Of a stretch of DNA of 62,135 bases, positions 51,000 to 62,135 are shown piece after piece; position 1 is the first letter of the stretch; every line of letters begins with the position of its first letter. Origin of the DNA: Paraglomus brasilianum (taxonomy: Eukaryota); assembly GCA_910592345.1 (NCBI GenBank), contig CAJVPI010000066.1, forward strand, positions 1-62,135, in the 5' to 3' direction. Under the pieces are notes generated by a model. The model did not search any database. It was given only the letters and a program-made list of their open reading frames with translations, and was not told the DNA's origin. The position numbers were made by a program, and so were the translations under genes.

Positions 51000-53900
51000 A
51001 TGAAAAACACAACTACCGTGAAGGAACTAAACACTTCAGGGACCGGAAAGAACAGATTCAAAGTAGCTATATGTATTGATCGTACGATTATATATATCGC
51101 ATTGGTTTGACTAACATTTTTCTGTGCTATAGTATCAAACATTCAAAGAAAGAGTTAAAAATGTGAAAATCGATGCGGTCAAAAGAGAAAGAAATATTAA
51201 TGACGACGAACCTGAAGTAAGATAATTATAAAAATCCCTGTGTTTAACAAGAGAAGAAATTATTAATTTTTTTTTTATATTGTAGGTTTCATATTTTCGT
51301 TCATCACTTGAATCATGGAGGGAGCTCAACCTTACCTTACATTTTACAGCTTTTATGCGAGAGATACGGTCGATATCACGAACACTTCCACAAATATTAT
51401 ATCACAAAGATGAGATAATCAAGATATTAAAGAAACATTTGCGAGTACGCGAGAGTCTAGCGTATGAGCCACTATTGGATTTAACGACTAAGCTTGCACA
51501 TGATCTTGAAGAAGATTTTTATCCATATTTCGGGGAAATTATAGAATGTGTTATTGAACTGACTAAATACAGAGACGTTGAAATATTAGAGGTGATTTAT
51601 TGAGAATCAGAAAGTTGCTGCTGTAGAAGATGGGTACTAACGACGAGCCTTTTCTAGTGGACGTTTAATTGTATTACGTACTTGTTTAAGTATTTATCAA
51701 AGCAACTTGAGAACGATCTATGCTTTACGTATCGGTGAGTTGACGCTTTGTCAAGTTGATATTGAAATGCATTCATTTTATCTGTGCCTTGAACTTATTA
51801 TCGATGCTTTTCAGCTTGTTTGCTCCTCTGTTGGGCGAATCAACTTTGCAACGCCCATATATTCGGCAGTTTGCTGCTGAAGCGTTTGCATACTTGTTAC
51901 GTAAAGCAAAGGGTGAGAAACTAACAGAAGTCGTTAGGTATGCATTGCAGCCGCTTCGAAATAGTCCGTCTTCCAAAGAGAATGTTGAGGGATTGAGCAT
52001 ATTCTTTATTGAAGCCGTTAAAGTGAGTAATAACACGCGTTTGCAAGATGGTTGATGCGGACCAAGCGGCATGCAACTAATGTGTTGATTACTGTATTAA
52101 GGATGACGAGAATTCAATTCATGACCGAGGGACAATAATAATCAGAGAACTTTTGGAGTCTCTATACGACGAGCTGTCACTCGGTATAAACGAAATAGGC
52201 AAGTAGTCAGATTATTTATGCGGAATACAGTCACGTATTATTATTTACAACGATTGACTTTTATTTATAGAGGCGAATTTGACATATACTGTAATGAAAA
52301 AAATGACAATCGCGTTGGTTCATCATTGCAAATGCGAAAATTTTGGAGTAATACTTGACTTGTATGTCGAAGAGATTGAAAGAGAATTAAAAACGGTGAA
52401 TGAGATAATTGACAACAAAGAACAACGCGATATCATATTTACGAAATTGGGAATAAACGTTTCACTGCTTCACATATGCACAACAGTTAGAAAAGGGTCA
52501 CGCGTAAAAGGTTTACATTACGAGTCGTTTGCCAATAATATCTATGTTCAAGTATGAAATATATCCCACTAAACTCACGCACTATTGTCCCATGTAGATT
52601 TCAAGCGACTACTTTCAATAATCATTGATGTAGCAACAACGGCTTTTGATTCATCCCCATATCACCGGTTCTTGGTCGATCAAGTGTTGAGCAGCAGTGT
52701 AGCACTGTTAACGCTAGTTGATCTAAAACTTGTATTAAACGGTGGAAGGGAGCTGCTGGACAAAATTTTCCAGATTAAAGTAGGTAGGAATGACGAGTTA
52801 ACAGCCATCATGATCTGTAATTCTTACAATATTATCAATATCAGGAAGTAGACGCAGTCCTCAGCTTTTCGTTGAACTTGGCAAATGTTGGATGGGATAA
52901 TTATACTCAATTCATTTTTCCTCACGTGATAAAATATTCCGCGACACATTGGACAAGTAACCCAAAAATCGCAATATTTTTCTCACACTTGTTGCATATG
53001 AAAGCCATAATTATACCTACCGGAACTATATCTCCGTTAATTACAAAAGCAGGGCTGATACAATTTCCCAGTTATCCCGATTTAAAAGAATCAGAAAGTT
53101 TGGCAGATGGTTTACTCAAAATTCTAAGCAGTAGTCAAAATTGGGTTAGTGAAGTACAGAGACTTAGTCTCGTGGAGATCGATAACGATATAAACGATTT
53201 GCCTCAGCTGAGTTTAGTTGCTGCAGCTATCAACTTGCTTCCTCACGTGGATATACCTTTTTCAGCAGCAGCAAGCTGTTTGACATCTATAATACGATCA
53301 CTACTCGATTGCTTGAATGAAAGTAAATCGTCTCTAGTATCACCATTCCTCAAGCAACCATTCACGAGAGGATCTTTTTATGTACTGTTGGAATATATAT
53401 TGGGCCTGAGCATTGAAGCTTTTGCAGTGGCATGCAAAAAACACGGTAACTCCTCGAACGAGGCTGTGGATAATCTGGCTGACGTTATTATCGACGAAAT
53501 TCTTTTCAAGTATGGTAATAATGAAGTGATATTGCGAGGGACAGCTGCTTATCTGAATCTATTGCGATCAGGGTAATATGCATGTATTGATAAATTTTGT
53601 TCGATTTGCCTCTAATAATGGCTAACGTGATGTATTCTTTTCTTTACAGTGGAAGACGTGCCGATAAGTTTACAACAGACCACCTTCAAGAGATTTACCA
53701 CCGTTTATCACAGAATATTAATTCATTCGGTTATAATCGCCGTCTTTACACTCTCAAGATTCTTGGTCTCTATGACCAATTTCATCTCAAGCCAACTCCG
53801 GGATTATCGCGTAATAATTATGAGCCATGTGACATATTCGCAATTGCAATTTCTGTCGAGGAAACGGAAGCAAGTGTTTCCCAAATACGGGAGAAGACAA

Positions 53901-56900
53901 TGAAACTCAGAACATTAGGAACATTGTTAGCGTCTAGGCGCTTACCAGATTTCTATATTGATACAGTGCTACGACTATGTCTTGGACAATTGACTGTCAA
54001 CTTTGCTCCTTTGTGGAATGAGACTATTAAAGTCTTGTCCATAGCGGCTGAAGTAGACAAACTTGCTTTCTGGACTCTTCTTTATAATGAACTATCTAAA
54101 TTTAATGACGAATCGAATTTTGCAGAAAATAAATTTTCAAACAAAGTTTTGTCAACATTCTTTAATTCTGCAGGGACATCTTCACACTGGACAAAGCCAT
54201 CTATGTTTCACTGTCCGACTTTAAAACAATACACCGAAGCATCGGCGTTATCACGTCGATTCATAGGCAACGAGTTTAACAAGTACGCTGCTTTGCATCT
54301 TGTCTCGCTATGTTCTCCAAGAAACGAAAGACATGATTATTGGAATTATCATGGACTCATAATAAGAACGCTCACTGAAGTTCCTGAAATAGCAGAGCAG
54401 CGGTCAAGACAGTTGATTCCTCTATTTTTCCGCTTTGCCGAGTCAAAGTATGAGAAGGTTGTAGAAGACGATTTGGGATTGCGCACAAGAGAAAACGAGC
54501 TCTACGAGGATGGCATTCGGGAGGCCGCTAATCCTTTACATAAAGAATCCCAGGTTTCGTTAATGGATATTGATTCCGATATTGATGTTGTGGTACTTGA
54601 ACAATCAGCGCATGTCTCGCGAAATGCAATGTTTCAATTTCTCCGACTTTTTGCGAAATTCAAGAGTCCGCAATCCCTATACAAATCTGCTCAACTTCGT
54701 GAGCTGTACTTACGGCTATTGGCCAAGGGTGACACCACACTACAATCTCTCGCTCTCGACTGCCTTTTCACGTGGAAAACAAAGATTACATTGTATAAAG
54801 AAAATCTCAAAAATCTTGTGGATGACAACAAGTTTCGCGACGAGCTTTCGACATTCTCACTTGCAAAAGATTCCTCTTCAATTGAGTTTACGCATCGTCC
54901 TGAAATAATGCCAATAATAATTCGCATTCTTTATGGGAGAGCTATTGCACGAAGTAGCAAGGCCGCAAAAGGTGGATTGAGGGCAAAGAGAGCGGCTGCG
55001 TTAGCGGCCTTGTCTAACTGTTCAGAGTCTGAATTGAAATTGTTAGTCGATTTGCTATTAGAGCCATTTGAAGAGATTCAAAAACAATCCGGAATTGTCG
55101 GTTCAGAATTTTCTTTTGCAGATGTCGAGTTCATCAGTGCCATTCCTTACCGAAAGCAAGCCGGATTCTTGAAATTTTTAGAGGACCTGTTGAGATTGCT
55201 TGGCATGTATCTTGTACCCTTTGTACATGATATCTTTAAGGTAGTGCTGTATATTGCCAGAGACTCCCATAAACTTTTAGAAAGACTTGATGCCAATAAT
55301 CTTGATGCAAATGACGACACAGACTCTGTCAGAACAATTACCGACACGGTCAATGAAGAAACTGATAACTTGCGAAATATTCGACAACAATACAAAACAT
55401 TGCGGCAACTAGCCATAAAACGCATAGCAGACTTTTTCAAGATCCGCGCCTCTTTCAATTATAACCCGTACATTGCTGCAATATATAGTGAATTAATCTC
55501 TCCTCGAATACTTAAACTCGGAATCGAATCGACGCAAGCACCATCACCTCTGATGAAATTGATTTATGTTTGGGCTTCACATAAAGAATATTTGCCGTTC
55601 CTCGTTGATTTCGACCCAAGAGTCTTACCTGCGATTTTTTCTTGCTTATCCGCAAAGAAAGTACGCGACTCGGTGTTCTCTGCGGTTTTGGATATTATCG
55701 AGAACATTCTAAACATATGCAAAGAGATTGATGATCAACATGTATCTTTATCGCTTGTAAACAAAGTCCTAATCCCAAACGTATCACCATTACTGGATAA
55801 TCTAGAGCAAGTATTACTCCGGTCAAGTTCAAACAAGTCGTTTGGAAAGAATGCATTCTCTCGACGCGAGATTTCAGTCTTGGCACAAATAGCAGGATAT
55901 GTTGACAAGGGTGATCAGGCAGCGAAAGTAGTAAAACTTTTAATTCCTAGTTTGCATAAGCCGGCACAACTCATACCAGAGTTTGTTAAGCTGGACATAT
56001 TGCGAATTTTTCAGAGTTTTATTCGCATAATTCCTGGATTTTCCGTGGAGACGGACTTGTTTAGAAAATATTATAAACTTATATCTACACTGTTCACTAC
56101 CCTTCGATCAAGAGAATGCAGGACGGCCTTGCGGGACATCTTTGGTATTTTTGCTGAACTTAAGCCACGTCTCTGCACTGTAGCAAAGTTAATTACAGAC
56201 ATGAACGCCTTCTCCATCATTCGATTAGACGAACCGGATTATGAAGTCCGTCTGGGTGTGTTCAACAAGATAAACACCGAACTTTATAAGGACTTGACGC
56301 CCGAAGAATGGTTGCCGATTCTTCATAATTGTCTTTTCTACATCCAAGACCCTGAAGAACTTTCAATACGAAATAATTCTTCGTTTTGTATAACTCAATT
56401 CATACGCTGCTGTGCTGCAGATACATCAGATATTCGAAGAGAAATGGAGTTACTTGTCAAGCAAGTGATTTATCCCGGCATCAAATTAGGTGTACGATTG
56501 CCAATCGAATTGGTTCGCCAAGAATACATATCAATATTGGATCAATGTGTCCGTAATCTTGCATCAATGCCACAGTTTACGGATCTAGTTCCGCTTCTTG
56601 CAAATAATGACGAAGAGGCAAACTTCTTCAATAATATTTATCACCTTCAGATCCATCGTCGAGCAAGAGCTTTGAAAAGATTTTCAAATGAATGTAATAC
56701 CGGAACATTCTCAACCGCATCCCTTACTCAAATATTTTTACCATTAATCAAACATTTTATCCTTACGGCTAAAGAGCAATCTGATCCAGTTATAATGTAT
56801 GAGGTCATCGGAGCTATTGAAACTATTGCCAGACATTTGCCGTGGGGTAAATATTATAACCTGGTACTTTACTATTTAAAACTTGTATCAAAAGAGAAGC

Positions 56901-59900
56901 GTCTGGAAAAATTGCTAGTAAAAGTAATTATTGCTATTCTTGATGGATTTCATTTTGATGTTTCCAAGGCAAATATTACTTCTGAGAACAGTTTTTCGGG
57001 AGCCAGTGAGATGTCTACAAAAGTGATGGACAAACACGACAAGTCTTTAGCAGATAAGGATGAATTAGGCTATGGAGGAGAGAAAATAAGGAAGCAAGAC
57101 CAACTTGACCATGAGAAAGATAAAGAAGATGAAGATGAGGAAGAAGAAGATGATGACAATTGTGACAAAGATGAAAATGACAAAGGTGAGGATGAAGAGG
57201 AAAAGGAAGAAGAAGAGGAAGAAAAAGAGGAAGAGGAAGAAGAAGAAGAAGAAGAAGAAGGCGGTGGTTATGCTAGTGATGACAACAAATATGAGGAGAA
57301 TGAGGAAAAGGGTGAGGAGAAAGAAGGAAAGGAAAAGAAAAATCAGGGACAACAGTGGGTTCTACCCGATGAAACAGAACGGATGATTGCAACGAAGATA
57401 CATGATAAGATAATCAAAAGACTTGTACCTGACCTTAACGAATACCTTGCCCAAGGAACTGAAGAGACTATCACAATCCGAGTACCGATTGCCTTTGCAA
57501 TTGCCAAACTTTTAAAGGCGCTACCGGAACATTCTCTCCAAGTACAACTCCCTAGTCTTCTAACTAAAGTCTGCCACATTCTCAAAAGTCGTGCTCAGGA
57601 TACTCGTGATATCACCAGGGATACGCTCAGCAAAATCAATAATTTTCTTGGCCCTAAATTTTTCGATTATATTCTCAAGGAACTCCAAGCCGCTTTAACG
57701 CGTGGATATCAGCTTCATGTTCTCGGCTACACTCTTCATTCGCTTCTTGCAACTATTGTTCCAACGATAAGTGTCGGCGAATTGGACTATTGTCTGCAAT
57801 CGGTCAGCGAGGTTATGATTAACGATATCTTTGGCAATGTCGGGGAGGAAAAAGATACCGAAGAAATTCCGGCCAAAATAAAAGAAATGAAAACGAAAAA
57901 GAGTTTTGATTCTTTTGAGCTCATTACAAGAGTAATTGATTTCCGAAACGTTGGCATCTTGTTAGTTCCTCTGAAAGAAATAATGTGCGAAACCATAAGC
58001 CTGAAAGTTTTGAATAAAGTGGATGAGGTATTGCGAAAGATGTCTACAGGGCTTAACGCTAACCCAAAATTTGAAGTCAACGAGTCGGCGATTTTTTGCC
58101 GCAGCCTTATTTCACAAAATCTCGAGTTAATTCAAGACAAACCGAAACCGAAACTTGCCAAAACGCTTATGGAAGAGAATTACGCTGTTCAACTAAAACG
58201 TGATAATGCTATTCATTCACAGGATGACTTTTATTCAGTCAATGCACACCGATTTGTGAAATTTGGCTTGTCTCTGTTATTGGCAGCATTAAAACACGAG
58301 AAATTTGATACGCATTCGGAGGAACAACTGGCTCTACTCAATTCATTTGTGGATATTGTTGGAAACGCCATGTTTTCGAAACATTCATCAGTTAATATTT
58401 TAGCTGTCAGAGTGTTGAGTGTTTTATGCAAGTTGCGTTTGTCTGCGCTGAATAACGCATTCCCGGTGATCGTGAAACAGACCGTTTCGTTGGTTAAAAG
58501 TACAGGATCGACTGGAAGCGAACTGTGCCAGGCGTGCTTCAAATTGCTTACTGTTCTTATACGCCATTGTAAGGATGTTGAAATAAAAGAACACCAACTA
58601 GCCTATCTCATTGATACTATTAGACCAGATCTCGAAGAACCAGAAAAGCAAGGAGTAACATTTTCGTTAATTAAAGCGATCATTTCGCGAAAGTTTGTGG
58701 CCCCTGAAATCTACGATTTGATGCAAGAAGTTTCGGAGATTATGATTACCAATCAAAGTGCATTTGTTCGAGACTTGTGTCGACAAGTTGTCTTTCAATT
58801 CTTGCTTGACTATCCTCAGGGGCGTGGTCGATTGAAGACTTTTATGACCTTTTTGGCGAAGAATTTAAACTACATTTATGAGAGTGGACGACAGTCTGTT
58901 ATGGAAATGTTGAATTTGATCTTTATCAAGTTCCCTCAGAACATACTTATGGAATATACAGAAATGTATTTCTTGGCTCTTGTCATGTCCCTTGTAAATG
59001 ATGAATCAAGTAAATGTAGAGAGATGTCCGGTGCGCTTATAAAAAGTCTTCTGCTGCGCATGGATGGTGAAAGAATTAAAATTATCTATAGTTTGCTCGA
59101 CAAATGGTTTGTCACCACAGAGAAAAAGAACCTACAGCGGACGGCTGCTCAAGTCTATGGCTTAATTGTGGAAGCATATGGAGAAAAGTTTAAACCACGG
59201 GTTACGGATCTTGTCGCTCAACTTGAATCTTTAATGAAAACCAGTTTGGAAACCATGAAAGATACTGATAAAATGGAGGCGGATGATGATAGCATGGCAT
59301 TGGATGTGGATTGGGAGATTGGCTATTACGCTCTTAAAACTTACTCGAAGGTCTTGAAAGTGTTCCCGGAGACAGCTTATGCACAGTATTCTGTAGGCTT
59401 ATGGATACTCATCGAAGAGCATCTGCTCTACCCACACGCCTGGATTAGACTATCAGCTGCTCGATTACTTGGAGTTTATTTCTCGGGCTTGAATCCTGAG
59501 ACCATAATAATAGGCGGAATGCAAAATAATTTTCTGACGCGCGATACTTTGAAGAAGATTGCTATGCGTACGGCTGTCCAGCTCAAGAGCGTATATCTGA
59601 ACGAAGAACTTGGAACGCAAATCATAAAGAATTTATTCTTTGTGGGAAAATGTTTCTTTTACATTAAGCCTGAGGAAGACCTTAATGAGTCTGATCAGAA
59701 TGGTTCTTTGAGACCCACAGAAGACTTTAATTCGCTTGATCAGAACAACCATTTGGGGCGATCCAAAAGTACTGAGCCTTTATCATGGTTATTTGTACGG
59801 CTTTCTCATCAATTAAGATCAATTAAGGTGACAAGCCCAGTGCATGCATTACACGTAAGTCCTTTTTTTTTGTAACATTTAATGGCTTCGGTTTGTGTCA

Positions 59901-60492
59901 TAGGTTATAAATACTTTTCTTTCATCAGCGAACATGCATATTCAAATGGTTTGCTGCCATGGCGAACTTCCTTCCTGTATCTGATTTACTACCTTATCTC
60001 GAAGCGATTATATCACCAATATATCGATTTGTCAATGATGAGACGAACAAAGGCAAGGAAACAGGTATGTGTATTTTGTAAGATTTATAATATCTATCCA
60101 ACAGTCAACTGAAGCTAAATTTATTACAGATGAGATCAAACGCCTCGGTTATGAGGTACTTGATCTTGTTCAAAAACGCGTTGGAGTTACCGAGTATCAT
60201 AATGTCTATAATAAGATCCGACAACAAGTCGCAGAAATACGACGTGAGAGAAAGAAAAAGCGCGTAATTCAGGTGCGTAGCAAGACCTGTCCAAAATAAC
60301 AAATGCTTTTTGCAACCAAATGAGTCAAATCTAATTGAGTTTGTCTATTAGGCAATCGTAAATCCAGAGGCAGCCGCCAAGCGTAAAGTACAGAAGAACG
60401 AGATGAAGAAGAAAGGCCGCAAGCGCAAGAATGCAGAGTTTGCCAGAATGAAAGTACGGTATAGTGTGGTAAAGAGGCGTCGGACTGAATAA
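51000..60492 (+). CDS. UTP20: U3 snoRNP/SSU processome HEAT-repeat protein Utp20 (DRIM), ~2869 aa, 13 exons
   Basis: Hand-spliced in frame, with a 6.2-kb exon at 53650-59854. Motifs YFRSSLESWRELN, LAHDLEEDFYPYF, LDEPDYEVRL, FFNNIYHLQIHRRARAL, LTRGYQLHVLGYTLH and QFLLDYPQG..YESGRQSVME; basic C-terminus. Confidence 0.97.
57110..57340 (+). repeat. GAA/GAG/GAT-rich low-complexity tract encoding an acidic loop in Utp20
   Basis: Translates as EKDKEDEDEEEEDDD..EEEKEEEEEEKEEEEEEEEEEEGGG. Confidence 0.9.
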
Positions 60493-62135
60493 ATCTATGC
60501 CCCATAGATGCTGGTCTGACTAATGTTATTTGACTACGGTGATAGCAGTACGCCAGTCTCGTAGTTAGGATTGAAATTGCACGAGTTTAGGGCAATAGTC
60601 GTCTTGACAATGTATTTATGCTTCGCGATTACGATTCTGGTGGAAATCTAATTGCACCATTCTATTTTAGTGTCCCTATGTTCGATAATATTAATATTAA
60701 TATATTCCATTAGTTTTCATCCCGATACTAATTTTATAATCATATAGTGCAGTGCATATTTTTGTATATTTCACGTTGTACAGTACAGAAATTGCAATGA
60801 GTCTGTACTGCCGGAATAAACATTAACGCTGGCTCAGAACTTTAATAAAAACAAAAGCGCATGATAATTTTCTTCATGTAGTAAACGTAGAATTTTTGTA
60901 GTTTATAGAAGGACGACAATATGAGAGTCTTAAGTGGCATTTCCGACAAATAAAGGAATGTGGAACAATTACCATTAAAACAATTTCATTAGTTTGGAGA
61001 ATGCATCGACACTTTAGTTTATTAACAGATTTTGTCAACTTTGAGTTGTGGTGGTATACGCTTATAAGCCATAATGTCAAATAATACCATAGATTTCAGA
61101 TCCAATAACGTCTGATCTATTAGAAATAAATACCATTATTTCTGCGATGTTGTAAGTATATGATAAGTGCTAAAGTCATTAACACCTTCGAATACAATTC
61201 TACGTCATTTTCTTAAACTGAATTCTTTACGCAATTTGTAGCTAATGTAAACTGATCTGTGCTTTGAATTTCATGTCTGTCGTTTCAATACTTACGTATA
61301 TCGACAAACACTCTTGATACAGTATTAAAATTTGTGACACATCAACTTCAATGCTGTTGGTGATCGTACCGCCACCTGCTAAATTCAGCTGTTAATTGTA
61401 AGATTAACAAGAATAAATATGTTGTATTTTATGTTATTATTATTATTATTACATGCTGACTGGATTATACACTGTAGTTTATTATTGGATAAATAAACAG
61501 AAACGATAATGACATTATATTCAAGTATATTTGCAAATCGTCATTAAAATTTTTTGACGTCGTCTAATAGAAAATTATTTTTCAGATGCAATTAAAGCGG
61601 CATTGACCTTCTCCTATGAAATTATATCCAAAAAAAAAAGTGACATGTGATCTCCTGTTTACAAAGGAACATTGTAGATGGTATATCCTGTTTATTATTA
61701 TTTCTAAATCGTTAACATCGCTCACTATAATAATCATTATTAAAATTTTTAATTTTACAGGTTAGAAGCACGTGCTTTCAGTTACATTTTTGTGAAAAAT
61801 AGAAATATTGTAAAGTTTTTAGACAAAGAAAAAATATTAAAAGATGCAATTTGAAATTGGTGACGCAGATTTATTAGATCTCACCAAATCCTTAAGTTGT
61901 AGCCTAAAATCATTCGCGAAAAATAAGAATTAATATTGTTATATTAATGTGATGTGTGTTTGCTTGAGAGTGTTATTTTAATTAGTGACCAGGCGATTTC
62001 TCAGCTTAGCTCTAAACACAACCTTGCTAACTGTCGTGCCGACTACTGCGGGAGAGCGGAAAGTAATCGACACTTGGGATTTAACTAGTCTCGACGGAGC
62101 GTGGCGCCTCCTATTCAAGTTAAATATCTAATTTC

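Noticed and set aside
57065..57386. Phe-rich antisense ORF and Lys-rich alternate-frame ORF
   Set aside because: Shadow frames of the Utp20 acidic repeat.
60850..61400. Splice-site-like signals and short frames on the - strand after UTP20
   Set aside because: No coherent ORF or recognisable domain.

Overview
Eukaryotic fungal genomic DNA (~38% GC by eye, many 65-100 nt GT-AG introns). Crinkler-like and tyrosine-kinase-like pseudogenes and a CSL factor with a long N-terminus suggest an early-diverging fungus, probably Glomeromycotina (inference). I spliced 13 intact genes by hand: a BTB protein, a CSL/LAG-1 transcription factor followed by ~12 kb without an intact gene, GDI1, an NDUFA9-like SDR, ATG8, RPN3, an MPLKIP/TTDN1-like RGG protein, a PAH-only Sin3-like protein, MTF2, NNF1, an S/P/T-rich RQPxGP-motif protein, an Eaf3/MRG protein and UTP20. 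A ~4.6 kb relic zone (35.0-39.6 kb) holds a kinase pseudogene, two MITEs with related termini, two pogo-type deletion derivatives and a decayed transposase. The most notable unannotated signals are a 78-nt class I HDAC coding fragment inside an intron, a 23-bp TCACGTGA-centred element shared by two bidirectional promoters, and CpG-depleted patches over dead repeats. I saw no tRNA, rRNA or CRISPR features. Family calls come from motif recognition only; no database searches were run.
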